In this document: in pieces, positions 23,359 to 33,263 of the stretch | How the letters are laid out: each line of letters begins with the position of its first letter | Position numbering within the stretch: position 1 is the stretch's first letter | Origin: Epithemia pelagica | Taxonomy: Eukaryota > Protista > Bacillariophyta | Reading direction: 5' to 3' | Assembly: GCA_946965045.2 (NCBI GenBank) | Contig: OX337231.1 | Location: forward strand, 1,302,001 to 1,366,000 | Length of the DNA: 64,000 bases | Notes under the pieces: model-generated | Told to the model about the DNA's origin: nothing | Databases searched by the model: none | The model's input: only the letters and a program-made list of their open reading frames with translations | Position numbers and translations under genes: made by a program

Positions 23359-23857
23359 GCAAAAAGCGGCGACACACTCCAAACGAGACGACGCGTCACA
23401 CACAGCACCACCACCACCACCACCACCACCACCACCACCACCACCCATTGTGGTCGTGTTGGAATTTCATCACATGTTGCGGGGGCCGTCGCACAAAAAG
23501 GAAGCCGCGGTCGTGACGGCCGCCGCCACACACGGGATCCGGGGTTGGCTCTTTTTGGGGGGACCCAGTTTTGCCATTGTCCTGGCCGCCACACGGCACG
23601 ATGTCCAGGCCTGGTGCACCAATTGTCAAAAGGCGGGCAAACCGGCCACGGTCGTCTATTGGCGGCAACAGCAACTCGTCGTCGAAGAAGAAGCTACTAC
23701 GGCTGCCATTCCTTCGTCCTTCTTGTTTCCCAACAAGCTCAAAGTAATGGACTATGCCCCCGGAAAAGACACCAAACTGGACCTGGTGGCATACAAACAG
23801 ACACTGGCCACTGTGGGATTGCCGTATCCGCTGCCGTCGTCACCGCCCTTGCTGTGA
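22811..23857 (+). CDS. RWD-domain / DUF1115 protein (RWDD2-like) with a 37-residue polyQ and a polyP tract
   Basis: N-terminal ETQVLQAIYGD...LTLTFPPGYP (RWD signature). C-terminal VLEFHHM...KK...GWLFLGGPSFAIV resembles DUF1115 of RWDD2. Confidence 0.78.
23252..23362 (+). repeat. (CAA/CAG)37 coding microsatellite, with an adjacent (CCA)n run at about 23406-23446
   Basis: Read directly; encodes polyQ and polyP in the RWD gene. Confidence 0.97.
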
Positions 23858-24322
23858 TCCCCAATATACATGACGGATTTCTCAGATTCCTCAGATTCCG
23901 GACATTTCCCGCGCATCCAGTTCCAAAGGGAATGTATGGGATACACTCGACGCTTCCAACAACAACATGCGCTACCAACATTGCCCGTAGCTCCATCATG
24001 AGCTCCAAATCTCTTATGGGTTCTTCATGAAGGATACGGAACTGATGACATACGAGAATGTATGGATCCATACTACTAAACTTTTGTTACGCGTCATTCT
24101 ACATGTAGGTACAAGACCGAGTTTCGTCCTGACACGACATAACCGACCAGGCGGACAAGAGCCATGGTTGGATCAGTGGTGGTCGAGTTGGAGACGAGGG
24201 AGATGCGTGCCCATGTCCACAACCAACCGGTTCGTGTTGTTTCGGAGTTGTAGTGGACTCCAACAACGGCCCAACAAAGTTCAGTTTCCAGTAGCAATAA
24301 CGGGAGAGTGTTGTGTGTGGTT

Positions 24323-25900
24323 TCAGTTTGCCACATCGCCCGCCAACACGCTGGTTTGGTTCCACTGACTCGATACCAATGGATCCTGGTCAATGGGGTC
24401 TACCAACAGTGGTTTGGTAGTGCCTTCCAATGCGGTACTTGTAGTTGTTGTGGTGCTGGTCGTCGTCCGCGTCAAGTGGTCGAGTGTATATTCGGCCGAT
24501 TCGCAATTGCCAAATCCCTCCACAACCATGCGATTGTCGTAGAGTGACAGCAGGGCAAAGGTATCATTGGGGGGAGGATTTTCCAAGACGGCTTCCACGA
24601 CTCGAAAATGAATGCCTGATTTCTCGTCGCGTCGATATCCACCCTTGTGTGCGTGACCCGAAAAGGAAGCGGCCACCACATCCCGATACGAACGCAAGAC
24701 ACGTAAAACGTCTGGATAATTCCACACCAAACACACGGGTTTGGTGGAACCGGGCAAGAGAGGTTGATGCGACAAAATAAGGACTGTTTCCTCCTCTTGT
24801 CGTGCCAGGTCCAAGGTTTTTTGCAACCATTCCAATTGTGTCGTTCCCACGCCACCATTAAAGGCGACATATCGTTGGGCCATGCCATTCAAACCTTCGG
24901 GAGAGTTTTCGGCTTGGGGGTAATTGTGATTTTTGGATTCCAACAATTGGACCGCCTCTTGTCGTTTGGTCGATTGTTGGGGACAACGTTGCAACAAGGA
25001 AATGTCGTAGGTATCCAACACGACAAAACGAACCTGTGGTGCCTTGGGCAGTTTGTAGGAATAGTAACCGACCCATTCGCCACTCGATTCTTGGACAAAC
25101 GGGATGCGTAATTTTCGTTGCATCACGGGTCGATCCATATTGTACAGACAATGATTACCGTAAGAGTGAATCATGGGACCATGTTGGTAATGAGAGAGAG
25201 CCGTCAGGACATGATCGACGCATTGTTCTCCGACTGTACGGCCCCGGTCATCCGGTGAGGGGAGGGGGATTCCGCCATTGGTGGCAATCGATTGACACTT
25301 GCCATCAACAATGTCTCCCAAATTCACCACCACATCTGCCTGGGACCGTTGAAATTCTCGAGCCGCCACTTCGGCCACTTGCAACGCATTGCGATAATAG
25401 CGAGGATTGCCACTGTACGAATATCCGTCGGGAATGGGGGCATACTGAATGTCAGCCAAGAGTCCAATTTTCAACCGCAGCGGCGACGACGATGATTCGG
25501 CCTCCTCCTCATGGCGGTTGGAGACGGATGACACGGCCGTGCTCTTGTGTCGCTTGGGTGGCATGGATTGCAGTCGCACGGATCGACGTCGTGGATTCGA
25601 CCTGCTGGCCAGGGAGGCTGTTGTGGTGGTGGTGGTGGTGGTCGTCGTCATGGTGGCTCGTCCTCGCCACACCAGCCTACGAGACGTCCACGCCACGGTC
25701 AATGGCAGCCAATTTCCCGCCACACACAAAATAATAATTGCGAAACGAGCCGATAGGGACAACCGGCTTGCAAACAAGACCCCGTGTCGTTGACGGTGAT
25801 GTGGATCAAGTTCCGACTGGTTTCCACAAACTGACGAGGCTCCAACAACAACACGTGATGAGGCTTGTGGGGAAGCAAGTAGTTGCAAATTTCGTTCCAT
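24323..25900 (-). CDS. ADPRM: Mn-dependent ADP-ribose/CDP-alcohol diphosphatase (metallophosphoesterase)
   Basis: Motifs GLLADIQYA, YYRNAL, NLGDIVDG, GNHCLYN, FNGGVG, SHQP, CLVWNY and FSGHAHKGGY. Start codon uncertain (ATG at 25900, 25651 or 25564; the ORF-track start at 25954 is TTG). Confidence 0.88.
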   Translation of the reverse strand: MERNLQLLASPQASSRVVVGASSVCGNQSELDPHHRQRHGVLFASRLSLSARFAIIILCVAGNWLPLTVAWTSRRLVWRGRATMTTTTTTTTTTASLASRSNPRRRSVRLQSMPPKRHKSTAVSSVSNRHEEEAESSSSPLRLKIGLLADIQYAPIPDGYSYSGNPRYYRNALQVAEVAAREFQRSQADVVVNLGDIVDGKCQSIATNGGIPLPSPDDRGRTVGEQCVDHVLTALSHYQHGPMIHSYGNHCLYNMDRPVMQRKLRIPFVQESSGEWVGYYSYKLPKAPQVRFVVLDTYDISLLQRCPQQSTKRQEAVQLLESKNHNYPQAENSPEGLNGMAQRYVAFNGGVGTTQLEWLQKTLDLARQEEETVLILSHQPLLPGSTKPVCLVWNYPDVLRVLRSYRDVVAASFSGHAHKGGYRRDEKSGIHFRVVEAVLENPPPNDTFALLSLYDNRMVVEGFGNCESAEYTLDHLTRTTTSTTTTTSTALEGTTKPLLVDPIDQDPLVSSQWNQTSVLAGDVAN

Positions 25901-27017
25901 GGATACCAACGCACTGTCTGGTGACACGAGACTGCGGTGATTGCAAGACAACAAACTCGAGTTGGTAAACTGGAGAAGAGTTGAGAACTGGACAACGAAT
26001 CTCTACTTTGTCCCTGTCAATTGAACCGAATCGGCACGCTCTACGAAAACTGAGTTTCTGGTCGATTGTTCGTAATGACAAAAAGACCACTCCTCGTGCT
26101 TAGGATAACACCACAGAGTCGATACACAACTTTGATTTTCCCTTCTCGACGATGTTGCATGGACCAAGGACAACAACACAATGCGGGTGATGTGGCTCCT
26201 TTGTTGAGGCGCAAAAAGAAAAAGTATGACGTGTCGTGTACATTCCACGCGGAGGTCAATGGGCTCTCCGCTCAAGCTACCTGCTCTATCATCCAAAGGA
26301 GGACTCCTCTAGTAGTAAAAAGGGGTGCAAGAGGAGATGTGCTATAACAAGCAAAAGTTTACCTATGGACAGAATACTCTTCCGGGACACGACATGGTAA
26401 CCAATGTTGCCTATTTTCCCAACACTCAAGACGGTACCTCTGTCTTCTTGGTGGGTGGATCGACACAAGCCCGTGGATTTCTTCTGGGTACGGTCCATGT
26501 ATCTTCTAAAGACACCGCCACGCCAAGAAGGCGAGTGGAAGGAGCAGAAGAAATGGACGTGGGAGAGAAAAAGGGAGGGGACGGCAACAAGGAAAACTGC
26601 AACGGCATCAAAAGGCGAGTAGTGGTTGCACGCTTTACCACGAGGACTTTCTCCGATTTACTCTTTTCTTGATGACTTTTACACTTCTCGCGCGATACAG
26701 TGCATACAAAAGACCAAGCAAAGATTGGTGTTCACCATTGTTTCTAAACACTCCATACGTATTCTTTGGTTGACTTTTAGACTTGTTTCCTCGCGATACA
26801 GAGCAAGCAAAAGACAAACTCAGATGAGTGTAGACCGTTGTTTCTAAATATTACAGAAGTATAAAATCAAACTGAATGAAAGCTTCTCCCCAATCAGTCC
26901 CCTCTTTGTGGATGCTTGTATATCCATTCGATAATTTTGGTTCTTTTCCCCTTCAATTGGTTACACCTCTATAAGACCAAGGAACCTGTTCTTTCCATGA
27001 AGTGCGGGGATCATTCT

Positions 27018-30000
27018 TTAGTGGATGGCATTGGAACTGCTTCCACCACGCAACCCAAGGTTTCCTGCACTGATTTGTTGCCGAGGACGAGACGACTCCT
27101 GTGTCTGTCCGGATACCGCCTCGCCTTGTTGTCCCAAACCACGACGCCTTGCTCGTGTGATCGAACTGTGAAAGTAAACATTTCCAACGTAGAGAGTGAA
27201 CTCGCCGGGTCTCTTTCCAGAAAAGATGATCTGACCAATCTTATCCATTCCCGTCAAATTGATGAAATCCATCAATGGGATATCCACACTAGTCCAATTT
27301 CCATGATCAATGTTTGGAACGGGGACTTCGCTTTCCGATTGGTCTCTCGTAATCGTGCCGAAATCCACCAGTTTCACCAAAACTTCCACGGCGTTGCTGG
27401 TCCAGATATCGACGTGCAAGTACGTGTACGATGATGCGTCCACCGTACCGGAGACTACCTGTGCCCCGGCAAAATTGAGATTGGAGTATTTATGGGTGGC
27501 CACTCCCTCAATATCGTCCAGTTGATACGTCACATCAAGACCGAAAAACTTCATCCAATCGATATTTGTGTCAGTGTAGTATTCATCACTGTACAATGAG
27601 AGGACATCCGATTCAGGATGAACAGGTGTCGGTGCTGCGACTGTTGGTGCATCTGTCTTGTAAAAGTACAAGTTGTCAATGTAGGCCGTGCAAAATGTTC
27701 CTCGTGTATTGTCTGGAGTAGAAAAGAAAATCTGCGCAATATTCTCTGTCGAATAAAGCGATGTAAAGTCGGATAAGAGAAGATCCAACGTGACCCATTC
27801 GGAAAGGGGAGGATTATCAATCACAATTTCATGTTCGCTATCGTCAATGGCGCATCCGGAAGAACCATCATCGTATACACCGTTGGGACCAAAGTCAACC
27901 AACTTGAAGCGGAAAATGTCACAATCAGGAGTCCAAAAGTCCACTCGAACGTGTGACATTTCGCTCACATCAATGGGAGAACTAGCCAAGGACAGAGCAG
28001 CAAAGCTGAGACCGGAATATTTCAAAATGTTGTCCGAGTCCACGGTCACATTGGCAAGCTCAACTGGATCTCCGTAACCGGACCACCACTCTATCCATAC
28101 AACGTTGGATACACCAGAAGTGTAGAAATCACTGTAAATGGAGAGCACATTTGCTGCTGGCTGGACATTTGCTGGGGCCGGAATTGCAGGGCCATCCATA
28201 GAGATGAGTCGAATGTTGTCGATGTAAGCAGTGCATAGTCCTTGGTTTGTTGAGAAAATAATCTGACCAATATTCAAGGTTGCCAAGCTGGTGAAACTGG
28301 ATAGAGAAGTACTGATTGAATTCCATTCCCCGAACACCACATCGCTGTACACAATTTCATGTTCTGTACTAGTTCCCAAGTCCACGAGTTTCAATCGGAA
28401 GATGAAACAGTCCGGTGTCCATAAATCAAAACTGACGTGCGACATTGCAGATGCATCGATCGGGCTGGTTGGTTGAACGCCGACAAAGTCAAGCTCAGAG
28501 TACCGAATGGTGTTGTCTCCGGCAATGTCTACCTCGTGGAACACTGTGGTGATTGGCCAATCCAATCGGAAACCATCGACTCCAATGTTGCTGTATGCGT
28601 CACTAAACAAGGAAATGACGGAATCTTTGTCCTCCGTAGGTGTAGGGGCAGCCACCGTGGGAAGTTCTTGATAAAAATAGACATTGTCAATGTAGACTGT
28701 AGCTGCTGCAACTGGTACCGCAGACAAAATCAATTGTTTCAGGTTATCACGTGCCCTCAATTGAAGGAACAATGAGAAGGGAACGTCCAATCCGATCCAA
28801 GAACCCGTGGGTGGAAGATAGAAAGGAACTTCTCCCTCTGTATTGTCGGTACCTTCAAGTTCAAATACACCGTTGGTACCGTAATCAACCAACTTGATTC
28901 GAAACGTGGTGGCATCCGGTGTCCACAGGTCCAAATGAATACCAGTCATAAGTGTTGCATTAATGTTGATCGACGGTTCAATGATGACATAAGAAAGATC
29001 AAAATATTTCTTGACATTGTCGTCTCCTTGAATCACAATATCGTCAGATCCCGACACGGACCCTGTCGTGCCCCAAACTGAACTCGTAAACTCGGAATAA
29101 TGGTCACTAAACAGGGAAATGACGTCTGCCGCGTCTCTGGTGGGCAACGGCGCGGCGACAGATGGTTCGGACTCTTCTTGGACGAACAACACATTGTCAA
29201 TATACGCCGTGACCTTGCCAGAAGATACGGAAAAAAATAGCTGTCCAATATTGGTCATGGGCACATTCGTAAAGCTGGAAAGGGGAATCATGTGGGTCTC
29301 CCATACGTCCTGAACGACCGAAAGGGTCACTTCGAATTCTGCGTTATCCGTTGCATCGGTCACGTTTTGATCCCCTCCAATATCCACGAGCTTGACTCGA
29401 AATTCAGTGGCATCTGGCGTCCACAAGTCGAACCGAAAGTGCGTCATGTCCGATACATCGAGTGGTGAACTCAGAGTTTCGATTGCCGCAAACTGAAGCT
29501 CGGTGTACTTTTTGAAGGAATTGCCTTCAATCGTAATGTCTGGAGAGGATAGAAACGCCCATGACCATCCAGTGACCCATCTGTCGACTGCTTCGTCGAC
29601 ATACGAGTCCGAGAAGAGTGACGTGACTAGATCCTTGTTCACCAAAGGTACTGGAGGAGCTTGCGGAGGAACGGACTCTCGTTGAGAAACCTTGACATAG
29701 TCAATTTCCATGGTGGCCTTTGTGAATGAAGCATCCACAGGTCCACTGGGCCCACCGACGGCCACATTCAGAAGAAGGTAATGTGGCTTATCAAAGGGCC
29801 ATGTCAGACTGTTCCGAACGGATGGCTTGTAGGTGAAAACTGGTTCACCGCCATCCACCATGAACTTGATTTCTGTTTCTTCCCATACCATGGAGTACAC
29901 GTGAAATTCGGTATCATAGTCGGAAACGGTGGAGCTCCCCTTGAGCGTGGTGGTTCCAAAACTCGTGGGTGTGTGGAGAGAGGACACAATTTCGGCATTC

Positions 30001-30554
30001 TTGTTCCCAAAATGTTCCATGATATCCAACTCTCCGCTGTAGGGCCACGGCACTGCTGTCGCGGCATTGTACCAAAAACCACCCGGTTCCGCCGTGTTCT
30101 GACCCAACATCCAAATTGCGGGCCATACGCCGGAACCTCCCGGCACCCGAGCTCTCACATCGACTCGACCGTACGTAAAGGCAAACTTGGAGTTGAGGCG
30201 AGCAGAAGTATAAGCTTTTTCAATACTTTGACCCAATTGATTTAGATCGGAATAGGTTTCTTTTTGGGCCACAATATTCAAAATTCCATTGTCCACAAAG
30301 GCATTGTCCGCACGATCCGTATAGTGTTGGAGTTCTCCATTGAACCAACCATTCAGAGTGGGAAGTTGAGTTTGAAGAAACCAATTTTCCGAACACAGAT
30401 TGTCAAAGTTGTCCTCCCACACAACAGCATAGTCGGAGCCGCTGATTACGGCACTGGTTTTCGCGGATGAGCCACAAGAGATTGCGTTTCCGTTAGCGGC
30501 AACAGCAAAGCTAAGAAAGGAGAGGAGCATAAAGTAGGAGCGCCGCGAATTCAT
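27018..30554 (-). CDS. Secreted GH16 beta-1,3-glucanase with five tandem ~165-aa putative carbohydrate-binding repeats (1178 aa, intronless)
   Basis: ATG at 30554, signal peptide, GH16 motif WPYSGELDIMEH. Five repeats of VxSLfSDxY...HxDxWT...xKLVDxG...W...iGQxiFS...YIDNxyF. Confidence 0.93.
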   Translation of the reverse strand: MNSRRSYFMLLSFLSFAVAANGNAISCGSSAKTSAVISGSDYAVVWEDNFDNLCSENWFLQTQLPTLNGWFNGELQHYTDRADNAFVDNGILNIVAQKETYSDLNQLGQSIEKAYTSARLNSKFAFTYGRVDVRARVPGGSGVWPAIWMLGQNTAEPGGFWYNAATAVPWPYSGELDIMEHFGNKNAEIVSSLHTPTSFGTTTLKGSSTVSDYDTEFHVYSMVWEETEIKFMVDGGEPVFTYKPSVRNSLTWPFDKPHYLLLNVAVGGPSGPVDASFTKATMEIDYVKVSQRESVPPQAPPVPLVNKDLVTSLFSDSYVDEAVDRWVTGWSWAFLSSPDITIEGNSFKKYTELQFAAIETLSSPLDVSDMTHFRFDLWTPDATEFRVKLVDIGGDQNVTDATDNAEFEVTLSVVQDVWETHMIPLSSFTNVPMTNIGQLFFSVSSGKVTAYIDNVLFVQEESEPSVAAPLPTRDAADVISLFSDHYSEFTSSVWGTTGSVSGSDDIVIQGDDNVKKYFDLSYVIIEPSININATLMTGIHLDLWTPDATTFRIKLVDYGTNGVFELEGTDNTEGEVPFYLPPTGSWIGLDVPFSLFLQLRARDNLKQLILSAVPVAAATVYIDNVYFYQELPTVAAPTPTEDKDSVISLFSDAYSNIGVDGFRLDWPITTVFHEVDIAGDNTIRYSELDFVGVQPTSPIDASAMSHVSFDLWTPDCFIFRLKLVDLGTSTEHEIVYSDVVFGEWNSISTSLSSFTSLATLNIGQIIFSTNQGLCTAYIDNIRLISMDGPAIPAPANVQPAANVLSIYSDFYTSGVSNVVWIEWWSGYGDPVELANVTVDSDNILKYSGLSFAALSLASSPIDVSEMSHVRVDFWTPDCDIFRFKLVDFGPNGVYDDGSSGCAIDDSEHEIVIDNPPLSEWVTLDLLLSDFTSLYSTENIAQIFFSTPDNTRGTFCTAYIDNLYFYKTDAPTVAAPTPVHPESDVLSLYSDEYYTDTNIDWMKFFGLDVTYQLDDIEGVATHKYSNLNFAGAQVVSGTVDASSYTYLHVDIWTSNAVEVLVKLVDFGTITRDQSESEVPVPNIDHGNWTSVDIPLMDFINLTGMDKIGQIIFSGKRPGEFTLYVGNVYFHSSITRARRRGLGQQGEAVSGQTQESSRPRQQISAGNLGLRGGSSSNAIH

Positions 30555-31642
30555 CCTGTTTGTGTTCAAAGATTGAGTATTTGCTGAACATGTAATTTTA
30601 TGAGAAATGAAAAAGGTCGGGCGGCTCTAGGCAATCCTGGATTCTGTGTTTCACGAAACAAAAATCCCCAACCGTCGCGTGATCATTCTGAAATCGTCGT
30701 TTATTCATAAGCAGAAGACGAATGACGAATGATTCGAGCTGTGTCGTAGTTGGAGTTGCCCAAAGGATCCTGGATTGAATTGCAAATGTCGTGAGCAGCA
30801 AAGGTTTTTGTTGGAAGCATGTCGGCGATCGCCTGCCGCTCCTGTCACACTCCGAGGTGAGGCTCTGATAAATAATTTGCCATGTTTACGCCTACTTGGT
30901 AGGGAATGAGAGATCATGGTTATATCAGTGTAGTATCGGAACTCCGAAACTGTAGCAACAAGACTCAAGGTTTTTCTGCACCTATTGGCAATCGGCAGTT
31001 ACAACGGGATTCAACCGCGCCTGCTCGCGAAGATCCTCCCGCCACTGAATCGTGTAGTGGGTTGCAAGTTTTGCAACGACAATCAGTCTCATCATGGTGA
31101 AAGCAACAAGCATGATGTCCACCCACCTCCAACCCGGGCTCGAATGCATGAATCATGAACCAAGTCTTGCCTCTCCGCTCTTCGCCTCCGTCCCATGCGA
31201 AGACAGCACGGAGAGTTGCATTGCTCGCGGATAATTCCCTCTTTCTCGTGGCTCTGTAATCATTCAGGACAGAAACTTGGTTGAAAACAGGAAGGTGTTT
31301 GACTCTTGTTTTGTCCAAAACGCCATACATGGGGACGGCTAAACCATTAGAAGGATCAGGCTCTATTTTCGTCCAGGTTCTCAAGTAGCGACTTTCTCTC
31401 AATTTTGCTGTTCATCTGCCAAAAGTATTCGGAAGCATCCAAGCAGTTCACAGAACCGTTTGGATCAAGTGTTGGCTCGACTGTGGAACTGGACGCCTTG
31501 GTTCAACGACAGCCTGTTGAGACCTAGTCATACGCTCTCAATGAGACAATGGCTTTTGCAAGAACGAAACCATGTTGTCTTTACCATGTGACAGAAGTTA
31601 TATTGGTTAGCTGAATGGCAGGTAATTACGCAAAAGAACATT

Positions 31643-32821
31643 CTATTGAGCTGCTTGTACGGTGGAGTCTCTCACGGTCAAGTTTTCCATCTCTTTGTCG
31701 TCCACTGTGGTTTCCTTGGGTGGTTGATAAAAGGGAAAGTCGGTGTAGCCACTGGCGCCTTTGGAGGACTGCCACCAATCTTCGTAGGCACTGTCCGGGT
31801 TGAGAGGCCAATCATTCTGGAAGCGTTCTACCAAGTCTGGGTTGGAAATATACAACCTTCCAAAGGCCACCAAGTCGACCGCACCTGATCGAAGCATGCC
31901 TTGTGCACTTTCCTTGGTCAATCCCACATTGGTCATGACCAATCCCTCAAAGGCTTGTTTCACGTCGGCCGCTGTCACAGCTTTGGATTTGCCATGATAT
32001 CCAAAGCCCAAGCCGTCCATTACATGCAGATACGCCAAGCCATACTGTTTCATTTGTGCAGCGGCATAGAGAAACATGTCGTAGTTGTCCTCACTTCCCA
32101 TGTCCCCAAATGTGCCATTGGGTGAAAACCGTACACCAATACGACTGGCCGGAAAACTGCCGTCGGCAATGATTGCGTCCAAGAGTTGGGACAGGATACG
32201 AAGCCGGTTCTCAAAACTTCCGCCGTACTGGTCAGTTCGAAGATTGGTTCGGCTTTGAAGAAATTGGTCCAACAAGTATCCGTTTGCGGCATGTATTTCA
32301 AGTCCATCAAATCCTGCCTCTTTAGCAAGTCGGGCGGCCTTGACATAGTCCTGAATGGTTTTCTCAATTTCCTCTACTGAAAGAGCTCTGGGAGTCTCCC
32401 ATTCGACATTGTTTCCTTCATTGTCCTTGGACGTTCCAGAGGTAATTTTGACATTGGATGCCGAGACAATGTCCTTGGTCTTTGGATGAAAGGATGAATG
32501 CGATTGACGGCCCATGTGCCACAGCTGCATAAAGATTTTTCCATTTTTTTCATGGACCACGTCAGTTATTTTCTTCCATAGTCTTGCTTGTTCCAATGTG
32601 ACAACCATGGGCGCATTGGCCCATCCATAAGCCTCCTCTGAAACTGCTGTGGCTTCCGAAATAATGAGACCAGCCGTGGCACGTTGGCGATAGTATTCCA
32701 CCATCAATTCGTTCGGTTCGGTGCCCGTGGCACGTGTGCGAGTCAAGGGAGCCATTACAATTCGGTTCTTGAGTTCTTGGTCTCCCATTTGAAGTGTGCT
32801 AAACATGGTTTCTGAAGACAT
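31643..32821 (-). CDS. Old Yellow Enzyme family NAD(P)H:flavin ene-reductase (392 aa)
   Basis: Motifs LKNRIVMAPLTRTRA, YYRQRATAGLIISEAT, QLWHMGR, EIHAANGYLLDQFL, RTDQYGGSFENRLR and FGRLYISNPDLVERF. First ATG is at 32821. Confidence 0.96.
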   Translation of the reverse strand: MSSETMFSTLQMGDQELKNRIVMAPLTRTRATGTEPNELMVEYYRQRATAGLIISEATAVSEEAYGWANAPMVVTLEQARLWKKITDVVHEKNGKIFMQLWHMGRQSHSSFHPKTKDIVSASNVKITSGTSKDNEGNNVEWETPRALSVEEIEKTIQDYVKAARLAKEAGFDGLEIHAANGYLLDQFLQSRTNLRTDQYGGSFENRLRILSQLLDAIIADGSFPASRIGVRFSPNGTFGDMGSEDNYDMFLYAAAQMKQYGLAYLHVMDGLGFGYHGKSKAVTAADVKQAFEGLVMTNVGLTKESAQGMLRSGAVDLVAFGRLYISNPDLVERFQNDWPLNPDSAYEDWWQSSKGASGYTDFPFYQPPKETTVDDKEMENLTVRDSTVQAAQ

Positions 32822-32901
32822 GCTAAAGTCCTTTTCTTTTGTGTTTGTAATTGTTTGTTCGTTTTGAACTTGTGGTTTTTGATTTTGTGAGAACAAGGTA
32901 G

Positions 32902-33141
32902 TGAATAAAAACTGACGGCCAGACGCAATATACGGCTTGCAACAATCAAACTATCAGAAATTATGATGACTAAACTAGGGGTGCCTTTTGGGGGCAAATC
33001 GCTCACGTAGGGGCCAAATAGCGACCACGGTACCCACTAGCAAACACATAGCTAGGGGCCGGGCGATGCCAAACGGTGCGTAGCGAGGCATGGCGAGGCC
33101 CTTCGTAGGTTACAAAGGGGGCGCCCGTGATTATTTATTCA
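32902..33141 (-). repeat. 3' LTR of the copia element
   Basis: Direct repeat of 40225-40464, TG...CA ends, 8-bp terminal inverted repeat. On the minus strand it is preceded by the short purine-rich tract GCGGGGA (PPT-like). Confidence 0.97.
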
Positions 33142-33263
33142 GTCCCCGCGAACAAAATCGGGGTGGGCAACTTCGTTTAGTTCGTCATGTCAGCAGAGGC
33201 CGGTCCAGTACGTCGGACTATTCTTCAAAGGGGGGCGATCCCATTTTGGATCTAAAAGGGGTG

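Noticed and set aside
22757-23674. PolyL, polyC, polyV, polyT, polyN and polyW ORFs in other frames
   Set aside because: Shadow translations of the CAA/CCA microsatellites inside the RWD gene.
26066-26672. Short ORFs between ADPRM and GH16
   Set aside because: No recognisable motifs or consistent splice model.
30965-31402. Cys/His-rich ORF (HACCFHH...CRCKTC) as a transposase zinc-finger relic
   Set aside because: No other transposase motifs, TIRs or TSD found; too short to support a call.
32822-32896. N-terminal extension of the OYE ORF in the track
   Set aside because: Starts at TTG and abuts the LTR insertion; homology and the first ATG begin at 32821.
32755-33006. Small ORF MSDLPPKG..., repeated at 40102-40329
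   Set aside because: Arises from the identical LTR sequence; no coding signature.
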